The translations under genes and the position numbers were made by a program. Under the pieces are notes generated by a model. The model was not told the origin of the DNA. It worked only from the letters and a program-made list of their open reading frames with translations, and ran no database searches. From NCBI GenBank assembly GCA_029860345.1, contig JAOUBJ010000004.1:202943-266942 (forward strand): a DNA stretch of 64,000 bases, in the 5' to 3' direction. Positions 1 through 10,155 of this stretch are shown here, in pieces (within the stretch, counting starts at the first letter, position 1; each line of letters begins with the position of its first letter). The stretch comes from Candidatus Zixiibacteriota bacterium (GTDB lineage Bacteria > Zixibacteria > MSB-5A5 > GN15 > FEB-12).

Positions 1-2430
1 ATTGGCCCTGGTGTACTTGTCAGGATGAGAGGCAATAACCTGGTACAGGCTTTCCGCCTTGGCATACTCTTGCCTGAACATATAGACGTTTCCCAGTTGC
101 CAGAGACTGGCCACAAAGTCAGGCTTTAGCTCCAGAGCTTTTTCGAAGGAGGCAATAGCGCTGTCTAGCATTCCGTTTAAGGCATAGATTGCGCCCCTGT
201 TATCGTAGGCATTGTGCTTTTCCGGTGCTGATTCCATGTACATGTTGGCTGCCCAGAGAGCCTTGTCAGTATCTCCAATCCACTCGTAGATATAAGCGAG
301 GTCATTGTACGCTTGCTTGTCGACCTGGACGGCCAGCGAACATTGCATGATAGCGTCCCCGAATCTATCCATGCTTCTCGCCAAAAAATAAGCATATCTG
401 GTATATGATTCGCTTCTATTCGGCTCGATCTCAATCAGGCGCTGATAGAGTTCCTCCGCCTCCTGCCATTCAGAGGACTGTACTTTTCTCCGCACTCTGC
501 TCTCAAGAAGGGGAATCGCCATCGGGTTTAACTCAAAGGCTATATCTTCCTCTTGGATTTGTTCGGGATACCTGGCCATAGCTCCTAAAAGTCCAGAATA
601 CCAGAGGTGCGCCCAGGCATAACCGGGATTAAGCTCAATAGCACGCGAGTATTCCTTTTCGGCTCCCTCCAGATCATTCTCATCCCACAGGATATTTCCC
701 ATTGAGGCGTGGGTTTCAGCCAGGCCTTCATCAAGCCCAATAGCTATTTCCGCCGCCGCTCGGGCGTTCGACAGAGCTTCTGTTTTCGTGACAGTTCCGG
801 TCACATAGATGTATTCCCGAAGGGTGGACCAGGCATCGGCCAGTCCGGAGTGCGCCAGGGCATAGTTGGAGTCGAACTCAATGGCCATTTCAAAATACTC
901 AATGGCCTTTCTTATATCACTCTCGGTTCGCTTATTCCACAGGTGGCGGCCGCGCGTGTAGTAATTGTAGGCCTCTATGTTTTCTGTATAGCGGCGGGTA
1001 ATAACTGCCTCGTCCGTGCCGAGCAGTTCAAGTCGCATTGCGGCAACAATGGCTCTGGAAATGTCATCCTGGATATCGAAAACGCTCTCCAATTCTCGGT
1101 CATAAGTCTGCGACCAGAGGTGAGCATCATCGGCGCTATTAATCAACTGTGCCCTGACCCGGATCTGGTTCTCCTCACGTTGAATACTCCCTTCGAGAAC
1201 AGTATTGACCAGTAGGTCCCGACCGATTTTTCTGAGATCCCGGTCCGAATCCTTGTAGCGCATTACCGATGTCATCGAGATGACTTTCAGCTTTTCCACT
1301 CCGGACAGTCGGCCGATAATGGCATCCGTCATACCGTCGCAGAAGTACTCCTGGTCTTTGTCCGGACTGAAATCTCGAAAGGGCAGAACGGCGATAGAGT
1401 TCTTCCAACCGGTTTCATCCAAAGTCGTCAGCCCGGACTCCTCCCCGATCATAGTGAAGTCCGAAATCAAAAATCCGGAAACCACAAGTATCGCAATAAT
1501 GGCGAGCCCGCCTACGGCAAGCGGCCATCTCTTCTGACGGCCAGCAGCGGCGGACTTATAGCTCTCGGTGGGAGCAACCAGACGCTTGAGATCACTGATG
1601 ACACCGGAGGCACTCTGGTATCGCATTGACGGGTCTTTCTCCAACAACTTGGCGACGGTGCGTTGGAGTTCATCCGGGATGTCTGACTTATATCGGGCCA
1701 GCGGTTCCGGGTTATTCTGTGTGATGGCTTTCAGAGTTGCCGCTTCGTTATCCTTCTCAAACGGTGTGCGATTGGCTATCAACTCATAAAGCACAACACC
1801 AAGAGAAAACAAGTCTGACCTGTGATCAACTTCCTGCCCCTGTACTTGCTCAGGCGACATGTATTGTACTGTTCCGAGTGTCGACCCGGTTTTGGTGAGA
1901 TGCTCTCCGCCTTGAATGACTGCTAGTCCAAAATCAAGTATTTTCGGTCGACCGTAGGCATCTATTACAATGTTTGAAGGCTTGATATCTCGGTGGACAA
2001 CTTTCTTATCATGTGCAGCACTGAGTCCATCGCAGACTTGTATTGCCAACTCGACTACTCTGTCAATGCCAAGCTCTTTCCCCTTGGCCAGGTCGCGTAG
2101 TGATTGACCCTCCACCAACTCCATGGCAAAAAACGGTCGGCCCCGAAATTCTGAAACTTCATAGATAGTGACAATATTGGGATGATTGAGCTTGGCAGTT
2201 GCTTCAGCTTCACGGATAAAGCGTGCTTTGAAATCATCATCAGAGGAATGTTGCGTCGGCAGGAACTTCAGAGCGACTTTACGAGACAGCTTGCTGTCCT
2301 GGGCCAGGTAGACCTCACCCATTCCACCGGCGCCGATTTTCTCGACGATCCGGTAGTGTGCCACCATTGTTCCGGCAGTCAGAATGACGTGCGTGCGAGT
2401 CCGATCATCATGTGAGTCCTCTGGCGCCAT
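1..2430 (-). CDS. Hanks-type Ser/Thr protein kinase with TM segment and TPR-like C-terminal region; 3' end runs off the window
   Basis: Absent from the ORF track because no stop codon lies inside the window. The minus-strand frame ending at 2430 has no tta/cta/tca triplets in the stretches I checked (1..660, 1790..2430). It starts at ATG (cat 2428..2430): MAPEDSHDDRTRTHVILTAGTMVAHYRIVEKIGAGGMGEVYLAQD..., followed by HRDIKPSN and DFG motifs. The 5' ~150 nt are nearly identical to the other four kinase genes. Confidence 0.8.
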   Translation of the reverse strand, partial: MAPEDSHDDRTRTHVILTAGTMVAHYRIVEKIGAGGMGEVYLAQDSKLSRKVALKFLPTQHSSDDDFKARFIREAEATAKLNHPNIVTIYEVSEFRGRPFFAMELVEGQSLRDLAKGKELGIDRVVELAIQVCDGLSAAHDKKVVHRDIKPSNIVIDAYGRPKILDFGLAVIQGGEHLTKTGSTLGTVQYMSPEQVQGQEVDHRSDLFSLGVVLYELIANRTPFEKDNEAATLKAITQNNPEPLARYKSDIPDELQRTVAKLLEKDPSMRYQSASGVISDLKRLVAPTESYKSAAAGRQKRWPLAVGGLAIIAILVVSGFLISDFTMIGEESGLTTLDETGWKNSIAVLPFRDFSPDKDQEYFCDGMTDAIIGRLSGVEKLKVISMTSVMRYKDSDRDLRKIGRDLLVNTVLEGSIQREENQIRVRAQLINSADDAHLWSQTYDRELESVFDIQDDISRAIVAAMRLELLGTDEAVITRRYTENIEAYNYYTRGRHLWNKRTESDIRKAIEYFEMAIEFDSNYALAHSGLADAWSTLREYIYVTGTVTKTEALSNARAAAEIAIGLDEGLAETHASMGNILWDENDLEGAEKEYSRAIELNPGYAWAHLWYSGLLGAMARYPEQIQEEDIAFELNPMAIPLLESRVRRKVQSSEWQEAEELYQRLIEIEPNRSESYTRYAYFLARSMDRFGDAIMQCSLAVQVDKQAYNDLAYIYEWIGDTDKALWAANMYMESAPEKHNAYDNRGAIYALNGMLDSAIASFEKALELKPDFVASLWQLGNVYMFRQEYAKAESLYQVIASHPDKYTRAN

Positions 2431-2636
2431 TGCTGAGATCCTTTTCCGAATGCTAATTTCTTATCTAAGAAAGAGACAAACTGTCTTCTTTGCAACCTAA
2501 ACTCAACCGGATCGTAGTGTGACCACATTGTGACCGTTTTTTATTCGCCGATAGAAGCATCTTGGCTGGCCCATTTATTCTGCCAAAGGCCGCCGCAAAG
2601 ATCGAATCCCAGCCCAGTAGTTCACCGGATTGAAAG

Positions 2637-4484
2637 TCATTTTGCTTCCAGCAACTTCATGAATTCAAGAGTGTATTTGAGGACCATTTCGGTTTGTCCT
2701 AACTCCATGTGTGAACATGGTGCTCTGACAATTGCTTCTTCATGAAAGTCATCGCCAAGGATATTGTTTTCAAGGTGTTCCTGCATCAGCATATCCAGGG
2801 CAGGGTAACCATCGGTATCAATTACAAACTGTGTATGTCGGATTCTACTTCTACAATACTTATACCACTTTGGAAACTGCTCCCAACTACCATCCTTGAA
2901 TGGAGCAAAAATGTCGGATGCGTATTGGCTCAACGGTGCGGTCTTAATTCCAAATTTGCTAAATGCTTTCACTAGATAGTCATGTATGATCAACCAGTTA
3001 TACAACGAGGAGGACATTTGACTGAACAGATTGATAGTGGACAGAATCTGGCTTTCATCACCGTCAGCCAACTCCGCAAGTTTGCCCGACGCAAAGCAAT
3101 CTTCAATATGTACATTGCAGCCAAGAGCCAGTACGCCGGTTGCCCTAATATCAGAAAACAATTCAGAGGTTAGTAGATGAAGAAAATGGTCAGCACCAGA
3201 TGAATGCCCAACCAGAACAGTGTTACGCGGTCGAAGTCGAGTGTACAAGTCCTTAATCAAAGCATGGATGAGAATTGAATGATCTCGCAACGTGAGGGGA
3301 AGTCTTAGTTGAGCGTTACGTTCAAATCCGAAGACCGATATGGCAATCGCTCGAAATGGTAATTGGTGAAGCACGTCAGAGTAATGTTCGTGGTCGGTAC
3401 CCAAAGGGGGCAGATAGAAAACCAACGCATCAGATGCAATCCCGTTGTCTATGTATGCCAACGAACCGCCGATCATCTTCGGGTCTTTATGAGATAGTTG
3501 ACGAACTAAGTCGGTAGTAATGACAAATGACTCTTCACAAAGCACACTTCCTACCGCTATCGGGTCTTGATCGATTATAGTAATGGCTGTATCCCGTCGT
3601 AACTCGTTAGATAATTCCTCAAGCTCATTACAGACATCCCGGGCGGTTTGAAATCGTTTGTCCGGTTTCTTGGCTAAACATCGTGATACAATTCGGTTGA
3701 GGTCATACGGAATATTCGAACGCTTGCTGTGTAGATCAGTTGGAGTGTCTCTTAGAATCCCGGCTGAAACCTCAGTGGCAGTAGGAGCTGAAAAGGGATG
3801 TTCGCCAGTGATTAGTTCATGCATTATTACGCCGAAGGCAAAGATATCTGCCCTGGCATTGATCTCCTGGCCGAGTAGTTGTTCGGGTGCCATGTAAGAT
3901 ATTGTTCCGGCCACTTTTCCTGCGAAAGGATCACTTGTACGGGTAGCTTCAGAGTCATTCAATGATTCAACATCTGAAAGAGTTGCCAATCCAAAGTCCA
4001 GGATCCTAGCTGCTCCGCTTGCATCTATCATCAAATTACCAGGCTTCAAATCTCGATGGATGACCCCCTTTTCATGAGCTGCTGTTAGTCCCTTGGTGAT
4101 TTGAATGCCTATGTCAATTATGTCGGCAACAGTTAACAGTTTATCGCTTGATAGTTCCTTCAGCGATTGCCCCTCAATATAGTCCATGGCAATATACGGT
4201 ACTCTTCCACCTTCGTTAATCTCGTGGACAGTGACTATACTTGGATGTTGTAGTCGTGCGGCTGCTCGAGCTTCTTGTGTGAATTGACGCAGTACAGCAT
4301 CGCTCTTAGTTTGCTCTTCAGGTAGGAACTTAAGAGCCACTTGGCGCTTGAGTTTAGTATCTTCGGCCAGGTAGACCTCACCCATGCCACCGGCGCCGAT
4401 CTTCTCGACAATCCGGTAGTGTGCCACCATTGTATCTTTGGTCAGCACAACATGCGTGCGCGTCTTGTCGTCGTCAGCTTCCAT
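2637..4484 (-). CDS. Ser/Thr protein kinase fused to a C-terminal alpha/beta-hydrolase-like domain (no TM)
   Basis: 615-aa ORF. The N-terminus reads MEADDDKTRTHVVLTKDTMVAHYRIVEKIGAGGMGEVY with HRDLKPGN, DFG and APE motifs. The C-terminal ~300 aa carry a GxSxG nucleophile elbow (VLVGHSSGADH) and a late His (CSHME). It lies 8 nt downstream of the preceding kinase stop. Confidence 0.85.
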   Translation of the reverse strand: MEADDDKTRTHVVLTKDTMVAHYRIVEKIGAGGMGEVYLAEDTKLKRQVALKFLPEEQTKSDAVLRQFTQEARAAARLQHPSIVTVHEINEGGRVPYIAMDYIEGQSLKELSSDKLLTVADIIDIGIQITKGLTAAHEKGVIHRDLKPGNLMIDASGAARILDFGLATLSDVESLNDSEATRTSDPFAGKVAGTISYMAPEQLLGQEINARADIFAFGVIMHELITGEHPFSAPTATEVSAGILRDTPTDLHSKRSNIPYDLNRIVSRCLAKKPDKRFQTARDVCNELEELSNELRRDTAITIIDQDPIAVGSVLCEESFVITTDLVRQLSHKDPKMIGGSLAYIDNGIASDALVFYLPPLGTDHEHYSDVLHQLPFRAIAISVFGFERNAQLRLPLTLRDHSILIHALIKDLYTRLRPRNTVLVGHSSGADHFLHLLTSELFSDIRATGVLALGCNVHIEDCFASGKLAELADGDESQILSTINLFSQMSSSLYNWLIIHDYLVKAFSKFGIKTAPLSQYASDIFAPFKDGSWEQFPKWYKYCRSRIRHTQFVIDTDGYPALDMLMQEHLENNILGDDFHEEAIVRAPCSHMELGQTEMVLKYTLEFMKLLEAK

Positions 4485-4492
4485 GACATTCC

Positions 4493-7453
4493 TTACGGCG
4501 CTGATTTCAGTTTTGCCAGGCGCTCTTTGGCATCGTCGACTGCGACCAGCCCCGAGTCTGCATCTTTCCAGATGTCCAGGAAAGTCTCGTATTGCTCAAT
4601 CGCTTTGTCATTCCAACCCGATTCTTCGTACGCCGTTCCCAAATAGTAGTGTAACTTGACTGACTCGATTGTCCATTGTAGTCGGTCTTCGCTGAAGGTG
4701 GAGAGCAACTGTTCATATCCGTTCACCGCCTCGCCCAGTTGGCCGTTCACCTGTTGGGTCTTGGCCAGCATAAGATAGGCTCGAAACCCGGAGGTGTATC
4801 CTCGGCTGCTATACATGCTCGAGGCCGTTCCGAAATACTCGACAGCGGCCGGTAAGTCTCCCTTGGCTCGCTCGACACAGCCGGCGGCGATCCACCAGAG
4901 CGATAGTTTCGCCGAATCGTCCGGGGCAATAGGACCTTTCCATTCCGCCAGCGCTGTCTCGGCTTCGTCGATACGGCCACCTTCCGCCAGCATCTGTATG
5001 TAGAAATGCTGGATCGGGACAAGCAAGCCGCGATTCTCCCTGTAGCCCTCCATAGCCACTTGCATCGCGGCCAGTCCCTTGTCAATCTCCCCGAGTTCAG
5101 CATAGATTCTGGCGACTTGATAATGCTTGGGCCAGGTCTCGGCTTTCTCCATCCGGTCGGCAGCGATACCCTGCTCAAGTACACTGAGCGCTTGTTCGAA
5201 TCTGCCCTGGTGTACCAGGACCAGTGCTGGGTACTGTCGTGCAACCGACCGATCGTTCTTGCGTGGGCTTTCAAGGAGTCTATCGAAACATCGTTGCGCT
5301 TCGTCGTAGTTCCTTTTGTAAAGATGCATGAGGCCGAGATTCCCCCATGACTGGTAGAAATCTCCTTTGATCTCGATAGCCTTGGCAAACGAGCCAATCG
5401 CTTCATCGATTCTGCCATTGCCCGCGAAGAGCTCACCACGAGAGTCGTACGGGTTAGCTTGGTCCGGTTCCAACTCTATGTATTTATTCATCGCCCAGAT
5501 CGACTTATCGAAATCTCCAATGTCATTGTAACAATATGCCAAAGCGTTGTAGGCCGAACCGTATAGAGAATCCAGCTCTATAGCCCGGGTGTAGTGTTTG
5601 ATGGCCATGTTCACCTGCCGGAAGCCGTAGCTGTAGAAGATGGCCATGTTTAGATGTGCTTCCTTGTCATCGGGATAGCGCTTGACAATCTCCTGGCACC
5701 TGGCCAGCGATTTTAGCGGCTCCCCGTTCACCCAGGCATGATAGGCTTCGATGGTCAACTTCTCTTTGTACCTTGAGTTGGTGGAGAATTCAAGAGCTTT
5801 GGCCAGATAGGTGCGACGGCGCGGTCCCTGGCCCACCCTGGCCAGTTGATAGAAGGCCATGGCAAATGTCGAGTCCAATGTGATCGCTTGCTTCAAAGCA
5901 AGCTCGGCGTCGGCCAAGTAGCGCTGGAATCCTAATTCCACACCTTCCAGATAGTGGCGATAAGCCTCGGGCGATGTCGTAGTCACTTCCGCCACCGGCC
6001 GATCCGTCTCGGTTAAGGCTTCTTCGGGAAGGGATAAATCGCTTTTGATTTCAACAGTCAGTTTATCCACAAGCGTGAAAATGTCCTCACCCGGCTTACC
6101 GTTGATTCTTTGTGAGGCCACCGCGGTCCCCGATGAAACCTCTATTAGTTGAGCCGTCATGACGATTTGCGGGTCCGTGCCGAGAATACTCCCCAGTAAC
6201 ATCCATTTGGCTTTGGCTCGTTCAGCGATTTGGGATGCTGTTGAATGGTCAATTGTCTTCTCACCCTCACGTCCCAGATTCTTCAAAATATCGTACAGGC
6301 GTTGGCTTGAGACCACCTGTACGAAGCGTGACTCCGAGAGGTCGGTGATCAATAGATTGGTTGCAATCTCACCCATCTTTTGGCTGTCGGCCGGATCGGC
6401 CAGGTTGTCGAAATACATAATGGCCAGACGATTTGTTTCGGCCGACGCGTCCCCGGCACCCTGCTGTTGAAGCTCCCACGGTTTGAAGACCAACATGGCG
6501 ACCAACAGGATAACAATCAGTGTAGGAACCAAATACCGAGTCGTGTTGCGAGTTTGGGTTGTTACAGTGGGCGTGATGATTGAACTGTCGGAGTCGCGTC
6601 TCAATCGTTTCAGGTCGGTGATTACGTCGTCGGCGTGTTGGTAGCGAAGAGATGCATCCTTCTCCAGGAGTTTCGACACGATGTTCTGCAATTCGTCGGG
6701 GACGTCGCTTTTGTATCGTGACAACGGTTCTACGGACTCACTCAAGACGGCGTTCATCACCGACGCTTCGTTGTCCCCTTCAAACGGCAACCGCGCCGTC
6801 ACCATTTCGTAAAGCACCACCCCGAATGAAAACAGATCGGAACGCTGGTCAACATCTTTGCCCTGAATCTGCTCCGGTGACATATAACCGACCGTACCGA
6901 GCGTCGAACCGGTTTTGGTAACTTTGTCCAAACCTTCAATCGCGGCCAGCCCGAAATCGAGCAACTTGGGTCGACCATCGGCATCAATTACGATATTCGA
7001 CGGTTTGACATCACGGTGTGTGACTCCGCTTTGATGAGCTTTGTGCAGCCCCTCCAGAGTCTGAATAGCCAATCCAGTGACTTCGTCCAGATCAAGCTCT
7101 CGCTCTTTGGTCAAGTCACGAAGAGATTTGCCTCCCACATGCTCCATGGCAAAGAAAGGCCGTCCTTGATATTCTGAGACCTCAAAAATCGTGACAACGT
7201 TGGGGTGGCTCAGCTTGGCCGTTGCCTGGGCTTCGCGCTTGAACCTCTCGCGACAATCCTCGTCATTGCTTAGGTGCGTTGGCAGAAATTTCAGGGCGAC
7301 ATTTCGAGACAGCTTGCTGTCTTCGGCCAGATAGACCTCGCCCATGCCACCGGCGCCGATCTTGCAGGCGATACGGTAATGCGACACCATCGTGCCCTTG
7401 GTCAACACGACGTGTGTGCGCGTCTTGTCGTCGTCAGCTTCGTGGTCTACCAC
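4493..7453 (-). CDS. Ser/Thr protein kinase with one TM and a long TPR region
   Basis: 986-aa ORF. Kinase motifs are GAGGMGEVY, HRDVKPSN, DFG and SPE. A hydrophobic span (LVPTLIVILLVAMLVF) is followed by a long TPR-like repeat region. Confidence 0.9.
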   Translation of the reverse strand: MVDHEADDDKTRTHVVLTKGTMVSHYRIACKIGAGGMGEVYLAEDSKLSRNVALKFLPTHLSNDEDCRERFKREAQATAKLSHPNVVTIFEVSEYQGRPFFAMEHVGGKSLRDLTKERELDLDEVTGLAIQTLEGLHKAHQSGVTHRDVKPSNIVIDADGRPKLLDFGLAAIEGLDKVTKTGSTLGTVGYMSPEQIQGKDVDQRSDLFSFGVVLYEMVTARLPFEGDNEASVMNAVLSESVEPLSRYKSDVPDELQNIVSKLLEKDASLRYQHADDVITDLKRLRRDSDSSIITPTVTTQTRNTTRYLVPTLIVILLVAMLVFKPWELQQQGAGDASAETNRLAIMYFDNLADPADSQKMGEIATNLLITDLSESRFVQVVSSQRLYDILKNLGREGEKTIDHSTASQIAERAKAKWMLLGSILGTDPQIVMTAQLIEVSSGTAVASQRINGKPGEDIFTLVDKLTVEIKSDLSLPEEALTETDRPVAEVTTTSPEAYRHYLEGVELGFQRYLADAELALKQAITLDSTFAMAFYQLARVGQGPRRRTYLAKALEFSTNSRYKEKLTIEAYHAWVNGEPLKSLARCQEIVKRYPDDKEAHLNMAIFYSYGFRQVNMAIKHYTRAIELDSLYGSAYNALAYCYNDIGDFDKSIWAMNKYIELEPDQANPYDSRGELFAGNGRIDEAIGSFAKAIEIKGDFYQSWGNLGLMHLYKRNYDEAQRCFDRLLESPRKNDRSVARQYPALVLVHQGRFEQALSVLEQGIAADRMEKAETWPKHYQVARIYAELGEIDKGLAAMQVAMEGYRENRGLLVPIQHFYIQMLAEGGRIDEAETALAEWKGPIAPDDSAKLSLWWIAAGCVERAKGDLPAAVEYFGTASSMYSSRGYTSGFRAYLMLAKTQQVNGQLGEAVNGYEQLLSTFSEDRLQWTIESVKLHYYLGTAYEESGWNDKAIEQYETFLDIWKDADSGLVAVDDAKERLAKLKSAP

Positions 7454-7464
7454 ATCAACAGCCC

Positions 7465-10155
7465 TTAGAACTTGATACCTTCATATTTGGCAATGATCTC
7501 TTTATATCTTGGATGATCACGCACTGGCTCCCACCGAGGGTCCATCTCCACCCAGGCGGTCGAAAAGGTAGACGGAATAGACAGGACCTCTTCTAAGTAT
7601 TCGAGCGCCGTGTCAATATTTCCGGCGTTCAACTGAACAAGGGCCATGACCATGACCGCAGAAGGTCCTCACCAATGGCAGGCTTCAACAGGCATGGTCT
7701 CCATCGCCAATTGCGCCTGTTCTATGGCCTGCTCATGTCTACCGGTTTGTGAATAAATCATGGCAAGCATTTCTAAGACCTCGTGATTAGGAGGAAGGGG
7801 CTCAAATCGACCGGATGTGTCACGCCTCGCCTCTTCGTTGCGATTGTAGGTTACTATGCGGGCCGAATCCAAATAGAGGTAAGCAGATTCCTCGTCCCCG
7901 TTGTAGCGATAGAGAAGCCCAATGCTAACATACAGCTTTGGATCGGGGTTGTACTGTAATCCTGATTTTGCACGAGAGATCAGTAGGTCAAGATCAGGTA
8001 ACTGATTCCTTGAATCAAGGAAGTCGTGAATGATCGGTGCGACGACGCTCCCCAGGGGGCTCGTGCCCCTGTCCGACCACTCGGAAAGGGTTTGTTGAAT
8101 CTGCTCAACACTTGCTCCCATACAAATCTGAATCCTTGCTTTTAGCGCATACACCCCAGCACCACCTACAGGAACTTTTGGCCCGAATCGCTCAATTACT
8201 TCCAATGCTTTTTCGTACTGATGAGAGTACCAACTCGCCCACAACATCGTTAACTTCGTCCCAAATGATCGAGGATCAAGCTTGATGACCTGCTGGGTCA
8301 GAGCTATCGTTTCATACCATTTGCCCTGTCGTAACTTGACCATCGCGATTGCGCCCAGAACAAACGCTTCTTCAACATGCCCTAGTCGAGCAAGTTCAAA
8401 TTCCCAAAGTGCCTTGTCGTAATTTCGTTCAATCAAGTTATAATAAGTCCCACTAGCCAGGTGCGCCTCTGCCAAGTCAGGCTGGATCTCAAAAGCCCGT
8501 TGATATGCTTCTCGTGCCGGTCTTGTATGCTCCGAGAACCCCGACTCGTAAAAGAAAGCAAAATACGAATGTGATATAGACTTCGCAGTGAATGCCATGG
8601 CAAAAGTCGAATCCAGCTCAATAGCCTTATCCAGCAGTTCAATTGCTTTAAGCAGACCGCCGGGGCCCACTTTAGAGTTCATCGACCTCAGATAATAATC
8701 ATAAGCATCAGGGTTTTCGGTCGGCCGATAATCGAGCGCCTCCTGGCCACCAGCCAGGAGGGTCGTGCCAAGTGCCTCGGCAATACGCATAGCGATCTCA
8801 GCCTGCACCTCAAATATCTCGGAAAGGTCTTTTTGAATATTATCTGTCCAGACGGCAGTTTCATCAGATACGCGAATCAGCTCCGGTGTGATCCGTATCT
8901 TGTCGACACTCCCGGACTTGTCCCATCTGATTGTACCTCCAAGGATGTAATCGACATTTAGCTCAGCGCCGATTTCACTGATGCGCTTGGTCGTTCCCTT
9001 GTATTGGAGAACACTGGTTCTGGCCATGACACCAAGACCATCGAGAACATTAACCTTTGAAGTAATCTCGCCGGTAATTCCGTCAGCGAAGTATTCATCT
9101 TCCGGTGCACCGAGATTCTCAAAGGGAAGGACGGCCAGTATTATCCGCTCGTCAATAGGTGTGACTTTCTGTTCATCCTTGTCGCCCGGGTAGTACTTCA
9201 CACCGGCCACTATCAGTATCGCAATTGTCACTAGCCCACCGAGTGCAAGCGGCCATCTACTCTTTTGCTTCGCTGGAGTCACAGTCATCGAACTCTGCGT
9301 CGAAACAACCAGACGCTTGAGATCGCTGACCACACCACCCGAAGTTTGATACCGCATCGAGGTCTCTTTCTCCAACAGTTTTGAGACAGTGCGTTGGAGT
9401 TCATCAGGGATGTCCGCTTTGTACCTAGCCAGCGGTTCCGGGTTGTCCTGCGTAATAGCTTTCAGTGTCGCAGCTTCATTGTCTTTCTCAAATGGTGTGC
9501 GACCTGCGATCAACTCGTATAGAACGACGCCAAGTGAAAACAAATCTGATCGATGATCAACTTCTTTACCGTCTACTTGCTCAGGTGACATATACTGCAC
9601 AGTGCCCAGGGTCGAACCTGTCTTGGTTAGTTGCTCCCCTCCCTGAATGGCTGCTAACCCGAAATCGAGTATCTTCGGTCGACCGTAGGCATCGATTACA
9701 ATGTTTGAAGGTTTGATATCTCGGTGAACGATTTGTTTCTCGTGAGCGGCGCCGAGTCCGTCACAGATTTGCAGGGCCAGTTCGATGATCCTATCAACAC
9801 CAAGCTCTTTTCCCTTGGCCAGGTCGCGTAGTGATTGACCCTCTACCAACTCCATCGCAAAAAACGGTCGGCCTCGAAATTCCGAAACTTCAAAAATCGT
9901 AACGATGTTGGGATGATTCAGCTTGGCCGCAGCTTGTGCTTCACGTTTGAAACGGGCGCGGCAATCTTCATCGTTGCTAAGATGCGTCGGCAGAAACTTC
10001 AGTGCCACATTGCGTGACAGCTTGCTGTCCTGGGCCAGATAGACCTCACCCATGCCACCAGCACCGATTTTTTCGACTATCCGATAGTGCGAAACCATTG
10101 TTCCTTTTGTCAGCACGATGTGAGTACGGGTCTTGTCGTCGTTAGGCTCGGTCAT
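7465..10155 (-). CDS. Ser/Thr protein kinase-TM-TPR protein with in-frame TGA at 7669..7671 (candidate Sec/readthrough); conventional call would be 7669..10155
   Basis: The 828-aa ORF 7669..10155 ends ...MPVEACHW-TGA. The 62-aa ORF 7465..7653 is in the same frame (10155 and 7653 are both 0 mod 3), separated only by TGA-GGA-CCT-TCT-GCG-GTC. The continuation is TPR-tail-like and homologous to the one in the next paralog. Confidence is about 0.9 for the kinase itself and about 0.55 for the extension. Confidence 0.6.
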
